A DNA stretch of 64,000 nucleotides from Raillietiella orientalis. Its lineage: Eukaryota. Of the stretch, positions 51,861 to 64,000 are shown piece by piece (the stretch's first letter is position 1; every line of letters starts with the position of its first letter). The DNA lies in NCBI GenBank assembly GCA_036172245.1, contig JAYWIR010000009.1:3286001-3350000 (forward strand), in the 5' to 3' direction. Both the position numbers and the translations under genes were made by a program. Under the pieces are notes generated by a model that saw nothing but the letters and a program-made list of their open reading frames with translations, did no database searches and had not been told where the DNA came from.

Positions 51861-52510
51861 AGCAGCTGATGAATTTCTCTTGGAAATGTTTGTTTTTTTC
51901 CCTCCTCTCTGCCGATGAAGCTTCCGTTCGCAGTCCTTTTTCCGGAAGGACGAGGGAAGCATCGCCGCACAAGAGCTTACAAGAACGACCTTAGAGTTTC
52001 CCCGTAGCTTTTTTAGAGACGAGGTCGTCGCTGTGTAGTTTTTGGAATAGCGACCGCGGTCACCCGAACGCAGCATTCTTTTAAGACCATTGGTATTTAA
52101 CTTTTACAGAGCTTTCTAGGAGTCTCTTGCAGTGGCTATAATTTTACCGTGGTGTTTTATCTCCACCAAAGTGGGGACGGCGATCCATTGATGAGTAACA
52201 AAGATCTCTGGGGTGAGGGGTGCAGAGTTGCTGGTGCGAGTGATTTGAGGGGTCGGTAATGCAGTGCGATAAGAACTGTTTTTTCTTTTTCTTTTTTTTT
52301 ACATGAATTGATTTGCACTGCCTGCTCACTGCTTCACACATTTCTACGGAAATTTGAATTGTATTGGGATTTGTACGATTGAAGAGAACTGGACGAAATG
52401 CGAACATGGCACCGGATCTCTGTAGACCCGAAAGTGAAGTTTTGGGTCTATATAAGGAATCCAAGCATTCTTGGCAGGGTCGCAGAAGCTTAGGAATACA
52501 ATGTATGCTA

Positions 52511-52850
52511 TTTTGAAACCTTGAGGTGTGGTTCAGGTGGCGGTAAAGCAAGGAATCTCCCTTCCGGTCCGTTTGGATGAACTTCCTCGTTGGCTCTCAC
52601 GCGAAGGAGGTGCGCACATTCGCTGATCGCATCTCTGGCCGAATTTCTCGGTTGTGGTGACCCCGCTGTTCGGAAAGGGCGATTCCCAACAGCTCCAATC
52701 ATAGTGGGAAATGATGCTGCGTAGCTAGGTTACGCTCTCCCCCTCCTCGCGACAGTTCGCTGTCCGCATGGCAAACCCAGAAATTCTTTCGACGATTGCG
52801 CTGCACGATGCGGGAATCTCGGCGTTTCTGCGTTTTTGAGATCCCAACTC
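52511..52850 (-). repeat. Inverted repeat, left arm (340 bp; partner 56637-56976)
   Basis: Reverse-complement match with three C/T differences seen; both copies give the same ORF MIGAVGNRPF...HLKVSK. Confidence 0.97.
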
Positions 52851-53949
52851 TTAAAAGTTCCGTTTTGCTCCAGGAAGCGTCAGTTACGGTCTCTAATAAA
52901 GCTGCGACGAATAGGTTACTTTGGAAACATTCTCCCACCTAACTCTAACGTAAAAAAAATGAAGACACGGTTAGATGACGTCATCAAAGGATGTATGAAG
53001 GATACTGATCAAGAAGAGAACAGGGAATAATCTTCAAGACCATCTCCCAGGGGAGAATTAAAAACCTAACCTCAACGGTCGATGTGGATAAAGTGCTGCT
53101 GAGAGGATCCAAGAAAATAATCCAGAAGTTACTAAAGATATCTGTGGTGATCATCGTCCCTCCTCAAGAAGGTCGACTACTGCAAAAAGTTCCCGGGCGG
53201 AGGGTCTTTTTGAAAATCGGATCACCCGAGTGTTAATCCTGCACTGAACGCGCATCCTCAGATTTCCTTAAATTGCATCCTCAGAATCAAGGATAACTCC
53301 CAGCGAATCGAGAGCATTGAGCGCTACATTGCGCCAACCCGCAGAGACTTTTGCAGCTGAAGAAAGGCTACAGCCATGCGGATGGAATTCATCCACTTTT
53401 CAGCTTCCTCGAAGGACAAGTGTGCCTGTTGTATCCGAGTGTCAGAAAGGATACGATTCTTCTTATAAAGACAACCCGGTCGTATCTTTGCGAGGTCACC
53501 AACCGTTTCGCGATCGCCCAAAGTTGTTTGTAACCAAACTGAGATTTGTCGTTAATGGTCCACATCAGCATGGTATCCAGTTCACTGTCAGTTTCGTTTG
53601 AAACTGTAGCCGATAACGCAAAAAAAAAAAAAGGAAGAAAAAAAGAAGCTATTGCCAACTGCAAACAGAATTCGAAGGTCAGTCATCCCGAAGCAGGAAA
53701 AGTCACTCCAGTTGACCTCCACGCATATTCATTCAAACAGCGAGGCAGTGTGGACCAAAACTCGTTTCACCGTGTTTCCATCCAAAGCAAGCGGGAATAA
53801 AATGGCTCGTTTTATCCAGACAGAGAAGGGATACGCCTTCCCTCTGGGTCTTATCGTGTCAAACCCCATGTTTTTGCGAATGAACCATTCTCAGACTACA
53901 TCGGGCTGCCGAAATCCCGGCTCGACGAATATCAAATCGTGTCTCCATT

Positions 53950-55560
53950 TAAGAATACGAATTAGACATCCTCACGAATTGTCGTCCTTTAGAGTTTAGA
54001 AGAGAGCACAATTAGCGAGCTTTCCCAGTTTCCTGTGTCTCCTTCCCTACGCAATCACGGTTTTGGCAGGAAGCTTGAAGTTCTCAAAACCAAAGTCGAC
54101 GTGGAAGAATGAGCGACCAGTGGGCAGTGTCGTGTTGACCGGAGTCGCGTAGAGAAGAACGCTTTCCGGCAAGGAAGACATGTCAGAATTCGTTCAAAGA
54201 GTCCTTTTTTCCCACGCTTCCTGGTCCATGGATGACCGATCTGAATATGAAGCCGCTGCCGCCATCATGAAGAAGAGCTCTGCTTTCGTTTTCAGCTCCC
54301 CGAGTGCTACAAAGTGTTTGGGGGGATCGACGTGCTATGTTGAATCAGTTCCGAAGGGTGCGAAGGCTTCCTGTTCCACCACCCCTTGTCATCCATCTTG
54401 AATCGAAGATGCGGGAGGTCGAGATCTCGACTTCAGGATGGCGGCATCCGTTGGCATGTTCTCCGCCCGTGACCGCCGACTACTCCGATGCGGAGCAGAT
54501 TGTCTCCATCCATTAGCTCGTAAAGATTGCACGTATCCAAGCTAAGCTTCATTTACGTTTTCGGCGGAGATCGATTTTCAAATAAGCATGCGATTCTTAT
54601 GATGCGTTCGAAGGTTTCGCCATTGTGCCCCGTAGATTTAATGCAGTCTCGGTGCATGAATTTATACGGTTTCCTCATTTTTGGGCCCCATGCCATTCAT
54701 TTAGTGTCTATTCATACAGCGGGGATATCAGATTCTGTACACATGCAACGCGTGACAGCGATACACAAATGTAACTTCTGCTTTCGCCCATCACGCCGAA
54801 ACCACTTCCCGATTTGAATGCATCATCTCTTAGCCGGAGAGGCGATTGTTCTCCCACTTGGCGGAAATTTGGGATGCACCTGCACACACTGGAATGGTGC
54901 CGAAGAACACTGGGCACGGGACTTGAAGTGCCGCCACCTCCAGGGAACAGTGAAAGGAGCAAGCAAATAAAAGGAGAGGACTTCGAAACGGCAGCTCAAT
55001 GAACAAAAACCAACCCACGAAAGCATAAATTTGCGCTCTTGAGCGCCCGGCGGCTGGGGATGAGGCGTTCGCTTGGTACGCTTGCGTGATCGCGTGGGCT
55101 CTGATGATCTGCCACTCGTCCTCTCAAAGCAGAATTATGCTCGAGAGAAGGAAAGAAAAAGATGTGCCGAAAGCGCTCTTTGTGACCTTTTGTGACCTTT
55201 CGCTCGATCCGTCTTAGGAAAGAAGCGCTGATGAACTTCCAGCCTTCCTGGTGTTGGCCAAGCGGCCTTCTTTGCCCTGCTGTCTTCCTTGTGCAGCAAA
55301 GCAACGGGATGGCAGGGTGGAAAAGGCATGGCACTACGTCACTTTGGCGACTTTGGCTATGCTCGTGCAAAGTTGGAATTCCTGTCCAGTGTTTCTCCTT
55401 TCGAAAAAGAAATTTTTTGTGGACACCGCTTTCCTTTCTGCAGTTGCCACTTGCTTTCGAGATTGGTGGGGAAACGACCACCATTCAGGTTTTACCAAAG
55501 GGAACGCGGAGGTATTTTTCGTCCACTGTTTCTACGTTCGCCATCGGTTTCATCAGCTCT
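53950..55560 (-). mobile_element. Nested LINE post-RT fragments (Jockey/I/R1-like)
   Basis: ESVLLYATPV (LlYa.pvW, ~54150) and SPRDHASVP (~55090), with upstream LG..D...H-like remnants. Confidence 0.4.
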
Positions 55561-56636
55561 TTTGACCGTGATGCTCACTGGCGTTTATGAACAGAATCCT
55601 CATCCCACGCGACGTAAACAAATGGCACAATCCGAGTCCGCTTCTGCGTCCCGATGAACTGAACTTTGGTGGAGGTTCGAAAATTGTCCTCCGGTTGCCC
55701 AGCGGTGGCCTTCCTGCATCCTTCGCCAAGTCGCAGCAGCAACAGCCATCCCTGTTCCCCACCGCGCTGCTCACATTCCATCCGGTGCCTGTTTGTCTCC
55801 GCCGCCCAGCTTGACAGCGCTGCAACTTTCATGTGCCTGTCGTCTTCACCGTCTCCAATCCCAGGTCAGGTCATGCTGTCAGGCCCGACTGTATCGTGCT
55901 TACACGCAAAAGACCATGCCTCATCGCTTTGAAAGCACTTTCGGACTTTCCAAGGCAGTGTTCCTCCAAAATACGAGGGCCACCGGGAACCTCTTCGCAT
56001 CCAGCTGGCCCTTAGCACAAGTCCTCAAGAAGTCTGCCAAGTGTTGCATCGCTCCCGAAAACGCTACAGTGTACATACGTTTAAGAGGGGATGGTAAAAG
56101 CAAGGTCGTTTAAGAAACCATGGCTGTGCCTTCAATCCGGCAAGATCGTCTGTCGACGACGAGTGAATCAAACCTGAGATGTACACATCCATCTTCAAGT
56201 GTACAAGGAAGACTGTACAAGCGCTGGCTCATCGAGTCGATCAGCTGTTGAACTCAACGTCGTCCGTGTTGCTGCTTGTCGGTGGAGAATGAACGAATGG
56301 ATGACTCCTTGAGAATTGCTCGGGTGTATTTGCACGTGAATCCGCCGACCCTTTCGAGAGGGGGAAGCCGGAGTTAAACATTTGCATTGATGAGGCTTCC
56401 AATGATTAGCGCCAAGACGCATTGTGCCTCCTTCCTAAGCATCTGGAGGCCCAAGGATGATGAACCATAGAGGCTGGAACGTTCGGATTAACGGGCAAGA
56501 CATCTCTAGGTGCACGTGGATGGAGAAGGATTGCTTTGGGAAACGAGCGTCTTCCCTTCTGGCTTCTTCGGCAAGCTCCACGAATATGCAAAATGTGGTG
56601 CATAAGATCTTTACGGAACAAAAGGATGTTTTAGGG

Positions 56637-56976
56637 GAGTTGGGGTCTCAAAAACGCAGAAACGCCGAGGTTCCCGCATCGTGCAGCGCAATCGTCGAAA
56701 GAATTTCTGGGTTTGCCATGCGGACAGCGAACTGTCGCGAGGAGGGGGAGAGCGTAACCTAGCTACGCAGCATCATTTCCCACTATGATTGGAGCTGTTG
56801 GGAATCGCCCTTTCCGAACAGCGGGGTCACCACAACCGAGAAATTCGGCCAGAGATGCGATCAGCGAATGTGCGCACCTCCTTCGCGTGAGAGCCAACGA
56901 GGAAGTTCATCCAAACGGACCGGAAGGGAGATTCCTTGCTTTACCGCCGCCTGAACCACACCTCAAGGTTTCAAAA
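56637..56976 (+). repeat. Inverted repeat, right arm (partner 52511-52850)
   Basis: See left arm. Confidence 0.97.
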
Positions 56977-58279
56977 AACACCTATCGTATATACAGAAAT
57001 ATACGTTTCGTGGTGGCAGTGCGTGTGGTGACACTTTCTACGCCGTCGTGACTATGGTGATAGTGATGCTTTCTGCTTACCTTATGGGGCAGGACAGAAA
57101 ATTCCAAGAAGCCGCCTGTTGGACGAAGATGGCATAACCCAGCATGAAGAGGGGGGGGGGGAATAAACAAAGGTCATTGCACGATAATCTGTGATTGACG
57201 GAAGATGGGACATCAAATGTTTGCCTCTTTGTTCTTGCAGGCACCTGCCTTGCTTTCTCTGAAAGGAAAGGGGTGTATGCTAAATTGACGATCGCATGTA
57301 TGAATTTCAAAGGATGAATCTTGCATTCGCGTGGAAACAAAAGGGTGGGATGATCAAACCAGGATAAAAATGATCCTGGGCGCGAACGTTCGTACGACGA
57401 GAATTACTTCTGCTGCTCACTTGCACGCTGCTTTGCTCTTTGCACCGCTGCTAAGCTTCTGTTTCGAATGGAGAAATCGTCACTCCAAGCACCAGTGCTT
57501 GTTTTGGGTAGGTGACTTCAAGGAAAGGTGGGTTTCTGCCGCGCAGTGACCACCCTTTGGTTCGCCAACGGAATTCGCGCATCTTAGGAGGCACTCTCAT
57601 TTCCTTCGTGTCAGTTCCCGTGCCATTCGTGGCAAACAGTCAACCCTTTCTGCACCCCCTGAGCCTACTGAGATAGCACGGGACAGTTTGCCGTTCTCAT
57701 TTATGAAGAGCACCCGGTAATCAGCCGGTAATTCCGTTTCAATTAGCCAGGAATGCAGTCAATTGATTCTCCGCTGCCTCGTCCCATAAGAACAACCAGG
57801 GAAGAAGAAGCTGCAAGACCGAGCGTGCATCGATTTCGGAGGGATTTGCTCCGACGAGGCGAACGCAGCCCACGAATCAGAACGGCAGTGGGGGAAAAAT
57901 TTTGTGCACCGGACGGAGCAAGTGATGTTTGCATTTCGCGCCCCCCCCCTTTCCCCCCACCGTTCTGGCAGCGACGCTTCCTTTGGGTGCGCAAAGTAAA
58001 CATGACCGAAACGAATCATTCCCCTGTCGCGCGCTGCCGATCTTTAAGAATTCCCCTCGAGAAATGGTGAGCGGCGAGAGTGTGTCTGGCGGGAGGGGCA
58101 TCGTGCGACCTGCGTTCGGGAAACTGCCCCCGGAGGTAGTCATCGTCTCTTCGGCCCACGTTACCAAGTCTTCGGCATTGCAGGAACGGGGCCCTCTTCA
58201 GAGTGAAACTGCTGGATGAATAGTAAGAGCGGGAAAGTTGAATTTTTTCAAAGTTCATAAGAGGGGAGGGCGAGGGAAA

Positions 58280-58800
58280 CATTGCCCGGAATGCCTTGCG
58301 GTGGTCTTGGAAACCCAATTCAGCAACGCAGTGCGCAGAGACGCGAATCCAGTAGGGATAAGTTTGGGGGGATGCCAGGAGGAACACAATTCGTAACACG
58401 GTAGGTGTATCAAGAGGCCTACCAATGAGTGGTGTGAACACCCGGTTGGCGAGTGTCTCGACGACACCAACTTGGACGTCAGTGCTTGCGCGTGCCCGAC
58501 ACAGTAGGCCGACAAAGATGCGCACTCTTTCAAGAGAGGATGCTAGAGAAGAATTGAAGAACGGTCAAGAGCGCTCTGTGTGTTGCTTCAGCATTCACTT
58601 TGCCACCCCTCGGTGTTGCTACTTGATCTTTACTGCAGATTCTAGTGAACTGAAAACGTTGGCATTACTAACACAAAAGTACAAGAAGGCTGTCATTTTC
58701 TCTGGTCATCAAGCGAGACTTTTCTTCATGAAGAAGCCGCTGCGGTGTGGAGGTTCCTTATAAGTAGCAGTAACCGGTTTTACTGGACCACGTGGGTGGT
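58280..58800 (-). mobile_element. I-clade-like LINE ORF1 remnant
   Basis: FFMKKSL, NDSLLV, TPTVLRIVF...P, in ORF1 order. Confidence 0.35.
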
Positions 58801-59649
58801 TTTTACTTTGTGATGGCAGGCAGTTTTTTTTTCTTGTCGCAACTATCATCATCGTGGACATGGAAGAATGAAAGCAACTCGTTGAAGGCACGTTGTGGCT
58901 CAATTTGAGTACTTTGCTGCCAGTGGCACTATCAATCACATTTCAAAGCAGACTGATCTCGTCGAAGAATTCTCTGTTTGTGAAGTTCCGTTTATCGTCT
59001 CTACGGGCCAGTCAAAGTCAAGTACATTACTCATGCCATTTGTATACGCATAAAGTGGGGTGCACCCTCGGGAATAAAGGGTTGATGTCGGTCGAACAAA
59101 CTCGAGACGTTACGCTGCTAAGCAACATTGTGTGTAGCGATCATCTCCATTTTCGAATGAACCCGAAAGTTACCATCACAGTTCGCAGCCAGTTGCTTCT
59201 GGTTGCTTGGTTACTTGCTTCTGGGCCCGTTCGCTTCTGCTTCGCCGCGTCCTCCCCGAAGACGAAACACCCTAATGAGTCTTTGAATTACTTCGACCTG
59301 AGATGGACCCATCGACACGAATCGCTTCGCTTAGAACTTGGAAGCCCAAACGCTGTGCACACACTTGGGTGTGGCAATGTGGAGCATCCACACCGAAACC
59401 CCGAAAGCGGCTCCCGTCCTTCGAATCTGTTGTGCAAAGCAAAGCAAACACGAAGAAGTTTCGTCAATGTGTTGACAGAAGGGCGCGGGCGGGGGGGGAA
59501 AGAGGCGCTGAGATGCAAACGATCTTCTTTCTTAAATCGGTAAACATACCCTAAATAGGGGGAGGATTATGCAGCGAAGTAAGGGGAAACGGCCTTCTCC
59601 TTTTGAAGCAAGCAATCGGAATTCTCAAACGAAGAGCAAAGAGTAAAGG

Positions 59650-59990
59650 GTTCAAAAGAGAGCAAATCTATTCGCAATTAGCGGCGACCGCGAAATGGTG
59701 CACAGTTTACGATCGACAACCCCCCCATGTGGTGTGGTGGTGTCGCAGCCGCTATTGTGTGAGATTGGCTCGTGGATTTGGGGGTTCTTCTGCACGTAGG
59801 TGGACAAACTGGTGCAATGTCGGTACCTCCGTGTTTCAACTTTTAGTTCGTACGTCGCCTCCGTGTCAGTGGAAACGTGTAGCGAGTCGTCGGTCCATCC
59901 GCACGTCCTCCTGCCGTTGAAAGATCAAGCCCGCTCTTCAGCGAAAAGTTGAACGCGTGCGCTGGCTGTGCAGCCCGGTACGCGGTAAAT
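59650..59990 (-). mobile_element. Jockey-like ORF1 (pre-C2HC/knuckle) remnant
   Basis: QLFAE...VCPPTCRR...GG; weak. Confidence 0.3.
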
Positions 59991-61303
59991 GTCTGTGGAG
60001 GACTTTGAGGAAGAAGGGCGTGCATGCGGTTTGCACGTTTTTTTTTTTTCTTTTTGGCTAACCAATGAGGGAGACGAAGGGCGGACGCCATTGAGGGTAC
60101 CAGGGGCGACGCCAGGCGTTGAAGGTGGTGGTACTCTTTGGGGGATTTCAGCGGATGCTGTCTTGAATTTGCCTTTCACAGACCGAGTAGATATGCTGCC
60201 TGGTAGTACTTTGAAGAATCATTCGCTGGAGATGTTTCCATAGCCTCACGTTGCCTTTCATGTTTCGAAGGACAGTGGTTGTTTCAACGGCAGAAATCAG
60301 CAGTCTCTCTCTTCAAACTGCATATCGATCGATTTGCTGTGTGTGTTTCGCTTCTTGTAGGACGAGGAGGTTCAATTGCCCAAGCGCTTTCGTGGCCAAC
60401 TTGTGTGGGAATACAAACCGTTTAGTTTTTCGTAAAACTGCTGCTGCTGCTGCCCCTATGGGTGCCCCGAGGTCAGCTTCCCAAAGTGGTCGCAGTCCAA
60501 CTGCGAGTTGTAAGCTTCGTATCTTCATTGCGCGTTAGTTGGTATAGATAATTTATCCCAAAGAAGGCTCTCTTACCTTTGAAGCTTGGTTACCATCTGC
60601 ATTCATTTTTTTTTTTTTTTTTCCTTTGTCTATTTCGTACTTCTCCAAAAGAGTTGCGCTTTCTGTCTGTCAAGTCGGTTGAATTTGGTGCGTTTTTTCG
60701 GCGCAGAGGAATGTCCTCCTCCATTCTCCTTTTCGTTTCATCTGGTGATTCTGGCGCCGAGGAAAGCCCTCTCTAGGTGAACCAAGTGCGCGCACGCCGA
60801 AAGTGTACTGCTACACTTTGCCAAACACTGACAGTTCAAAGGCGTCAGCTACCTCGTTTGTCTGCGAAAGGTACGTGTGTGTTTAGCAGCGGCCTCCCGT
60901 AAACGCACAAACACACAGACTCATCTTTGACAGATGATGCTCTCGGAGCTCTCATTTCTGGATTCACCCAGAAAGTTCGCGCAAACCCAAGAATTTCAGC
61001 CTTCAGGCCGAAATGGTCCGCATGCCCCCATTGCCCATCGGTAGGAAAGTGTACTGCGTGAAGTAGAGCAATGCGGCACCATCGAGTCCGATGTGACCTT
61101 TGTGCATGACATTTGAAACTGTTTAAGCAGCTGCTGCCCATATAACGATTTTTTGTTTTTGCTAGATTTCGAGATCACAAAATTGCTGGGAAAGGGCAGA
61201 TGAACGGATGCTAAGACGGACGGCAAAAGAACGGGAAAGACAAACTGTCTTGCATCGATTTGGTGTTTGCAGACGTTTCCTAGGCAAACAAGTGAAATGA
61301 CAG

Positions 61304-62722
61304 ATGTCGAATCCTGCTGCTGCCACGCCGTCTTCGAGCACTTCTTCCGAAAAGGATTTGTGCCCCGAGGCGTTAGGGTCCTCCGTGTCTGCGTTCCTGG
61401 AGACAGAGGCGAGCTTCCGAGGCGCAGGTACATGCACGAGGTCAACCATCGGGTTCGAGTCGCTTGAGAAAAGTGGTTCCCGAAAGTTCGACGAGAAATA
61501 CAAAGTCCCGTATATGTGTTCCTCGCGTCCCCTGACCTGCCACAAGTGCCGCTCGCTGCCCCAGAATGAGTCCCAGCTGGTGCTCTGCCTGATGTGCGAG
61601 ACCGTTTGCTATTGCACGCATGAACATATGCAGCGTGACCAGGCAGACCACGAGGAGTTCTGCAGGGCCGTGTGCATCCTCAAAAGGATGAAGAAGCTGA
61701 AATCCGTGTTCGAAGTTCCGCTCGGGAAGGACCTACGTTCCGTGTTGTGGGAACACGTTGCCAGGTTGGAAACCATGTTGAGGCGCCGGTTGCGGACAGC
61801 GGAGCTGAACACCCTTTCCCATCCGCTGCTGTGCCACGTGTGCAAAGAACCCGACGTCCAAAAGCTCGAGCACTGCTTCGAGTGCCACATGGTCAACTTT
61901 TGCTGCTCGAAGCACAGAGCGGCGCACCTGCCCCATTGCCGGCTGCTAGCAAGCGTTTTGCTCCAAAGAGTTCTTCCGCCTTGCGAAGCGAAGCACCGCG
62001 CAAACCGGAGCTCGACTCCTGCCAAACACCTTTGCCGCGATTACGTCGACACTGTGTCGAACAGTTGGGTGTCTTACCCGCTAACCATCCTTCACTGTTT
62101 GCGGATGCTCGCCGACGTGCACGAGAAAACGGATATGTCGATGCACGTGTTGGGGGAGCTGCCCTTCGACTCGACGGAAGAGAGCGCGGTGAAAACGTGG
62201 GCGCTGTATTTGTTGAGGAACTTACCCCACACGAAGAAGCTCCGGCTTTTGCTGCTGGAAGCCAATGCTGCCCATTGCGAGCGGAGGCGGAACAGGAGCA
62301 CTGGTGAGACGTTCGCGGCCACCACCCGCGACGGACGTTCCGTGGTGTGGGAGTTGCCCGCGGAAAGTTCCTACAAGCAGTGCGTAGACGGGATCTCCCC
62401 CTCATCCTCCTCTTACCACGCGAACGTCATCGTCTGGTTCGACTGCGGTTCGTGCAGGAGCATCGACCCACGGTGTAGCCAAAGCTGGGATGAAGCTGTA
62501 TCGTGCCTGTTCTGCAATCCGGAAGCAATCGTCATAGTCACTTCCTACCAGAAGAAGTTTCTTATTCGCTTCCTCCGTGTTGCTGCGGAGATCACCAAAA
62601 GGGTCCAGGTGCTGCTGATGCCCAGTCGAAATCCCTGCCGAGATCGCTGCCCCGTGCTTTCCTTTCCCGAGTGCACGGTCATGTTTGCAAACCATTATTT
62701 TTGTATTTTAAAAACGAGCTGA
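61304..62722 (+). CDS. Tandem zf-MYND protein with MSS51/ZMYND15-like C-terminal domain, 472 aa, single-exon CDS
   Basis: MYND1: CHKC...CLMCETVCYCTHEH...HEEFC (~61538-61663). MYND2: CHVC...CFECHMVNFCCSKH...HLPHC (~61832-61939). These are followed by MSS51-type motifs SYPLTILHCL, MHVLG, VIVWFDCG, SWDEAV, IVTSY, NPCR and FANHYF. True ATG start; AATAAA at 63047 and 63135. Confidence 0.88.
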   Translation: MSNPAAATPSSSTSSEKDLCPEALGSSVSAFLETEASFRGAGTCTRSTIGFESLEKSGSRKFDEKYKVPYMCSSRPLTCHKCRSLPQNESQLVLCLMCETVCYCTHEHMQRDQADHEEFCRAVCILKRMKKLKSVFEVPLGKDLRSVLWEHVARLETMLRRRLRTAELNTLSHPLLCHVCKEPDVQKLEHCFECHMVNFCCSKHRAAHLPHCRLLASVLLQRVLPPCEAKHRANRSSTPAKHLCRDYVDTVSNSWVSYPLTILHCLRMLADVHEKTDMSMHVLGELPFDSTEESAVKTWALYLLRNLPHTKKLRLLLLEANAAHCERRRNRSTGETFAATTRDGRSVVWELPAESSYKQCVDGISPSSSSYHANVIVWFDCGSCRSIDPRCSQSWDEAVSCLFCNPEAIVIVTSYQKKFLIRFLRVAAEITKRVQVLLMPSRNPCRDRCPVLSFPECTVMFANHYFCILKTS

Positions 62723-63299
62723 TTTCCGTGTCCCTCAGCCATCGCAGAAAATGCACAGGCAAACACTTTCGAAGTGAACACTTTTGCCAATGTTTGATCC
62801 TTCTTTCTTGCTTTCCTTTTTTTTTTTTTTTTTTTTTTTGAGACCTTTTTTGAAAGTTTTAGACAAGCTATTCGAAAAGACCGTCACGGCTTGCCATTTT
62901 TGAACGTGTTCTCGCAGCGCTGCCTCTGGACCACACTTCCGACCTGTCTTCTGAATCTCTATTTTTGAAGTTTCACAAGAAAGTAATCTTTTACGGCATG
63001 TGACCCTGGAACGGGGAGCTTGATACTTGAGGAACTATTTCGAGGCAATAAATTTCTCCTCCCTGTAGAATGCGAGCGAGTTTTTTTTTTTCTTTCACGC
63101 TTCCTCAATGTTGCATTTTCTTTAGTACAAAGAAAATAAATAAATGTTCGCATGTTGTCGTTTTTCTCTCCACAAAGCATGGCATGTAGTTTCGTTTTTC
63201 TGGTGCATCCCGCGCCGAACTATGAAGTCACAGGAGTTCATCCTGGGGCGTAGGTTCATCATCATCATCATTTTTTTTTTTTTTTTTGCCCTCCTGGCA

Positions 63300-64000
63300 A
63301 AAACTGCTGCGAGTTACCCGAGGGGTTTTCAGCGCCTCGTTGGACGGCGTTGGAAATGTGAAAATCATTGGTCAAGAGCGGGCCGGCCACTCCGTACAAG
63401 CAGCAGCATTTCTTTCCGGGTTGTATTGGCTCCATCGTGAGTATCTTTCAGTTCCTCGAAGGTTCCCTGCGTGTCGTCAAGGATGTGTTGCCGGTGCTCG
63501 CGTACACGCCTCATCCGCAAAGTTTTTGCCCTCACGTGCTTTAAAAAACAATTGTGAAAGGTCCCAACTGCGGAGTGATGTGGTGGATGCCCATTAGGGT
63601 TTTGGAAGCGGGAAAGTGACCCTTGAGCCGTAGCAAGCAGCTGTGTTGGGGATGCTCCCGAGCGGCGAAGTGCACGGGTGGCAACGTGCACCAGTTTTCC
63701 GCGAACCCTGTTGGGCTTGTTGCTTTTATTGTGGAAGTTCTTGCGCAGCCTTGCTCTTGAGAGGGGGGGTCACAGATTCGTTCGGGAGGTCCTGTGGCCC
63801 GCGGGCATGGAAGCGTGGTGACCGACGCGAGGGCTTCCTCTTCGGAAGGTAGCGTAGTGCCGATGGAGGAACGCACATTTGCTCAGCAGGGAAATGTGAA
63901 GGTCAAGTCTAGTGGTGCGAAAGATCAGCCTGCGGTATGGAGATCGATGCCGGGAGTAACGAGCAAGGGTTCGTTACTCGGGAGGTCTTATGCGAATTCC
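63300..64000 (-). mobile_element. Degenerate LINE RT N-terminal part
   Basis: SEEEALASVTTL...RATGPPERI...GFAENW (eEv..ai..l..kApGpD.i...fP..W), then PQLGPF. Confidence 0.5.

Larger units (their letters stand above)
52150..57350. mobile_element. Degenerate Ty3/gypsy pol broken by an internal inversion
   Basis: RT N-terminus on - (57340-57045, HLRPTGGFLEF). RT core on + (SYGL ~52883; RLDDVI...EEN ~52970-53020). RNase H end on + (56460-56640). INT on - (PCQEC ~52470; SMDRRPHF ~52180). Confidence 0.6.

Noticed and set aside
52511..56976. DNA transposon with 340-bp TIRs
   Set aside because: No TSD or transposase; the arms are gypsy pol sequence contiguous with flanking domains, which fits an inversion.

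Overview
This is eukaryotic genomic DNA, probably arthropod (inferred from a tandem-MYND/MSS51-type gene and the repeat content). Most of the 64 kb consists of very old, frameshifted retrotransposons, recognisable only from motif order across reading frames. L1/Tx1-type LINE pieces in both orientations dominate the GC-rich first ~32 kb. Ty3/gypsy pol and I/Jockey/RTE-type LINE pieces dominate the less GC-rich remainder. Two host genes are supported. (1) An intronless tandem zf-MYND + MSS51-like gene at 61304-62722 (+). (2) A two-exon gene missed by the ORF track, complement(join(10317..10819,11070..11151)), 194 aa. It has clean GT-AG splicing, a poly(A) signal and a CCAAT/CRE promoter, and its product has the layout of Bim/Bmf BH3-only proteins: LC8-binding-like KDASSQT, BH3-like LGRKVAELADE and a C-terminal hydrophobic/basic tail. 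This is the best novelty candidate. Recent rearrangements are also visible: a ~4.1 kb inversion inside a dead gypsy pol with a 340-bp inverted duplication at its ends, and a ~1.2 kb direct duplication whose copies differ by a hairpin-loop micro-inversion. All protein-family calls come from reading motifs by eye, not database searches. TE boundaries are approximate.
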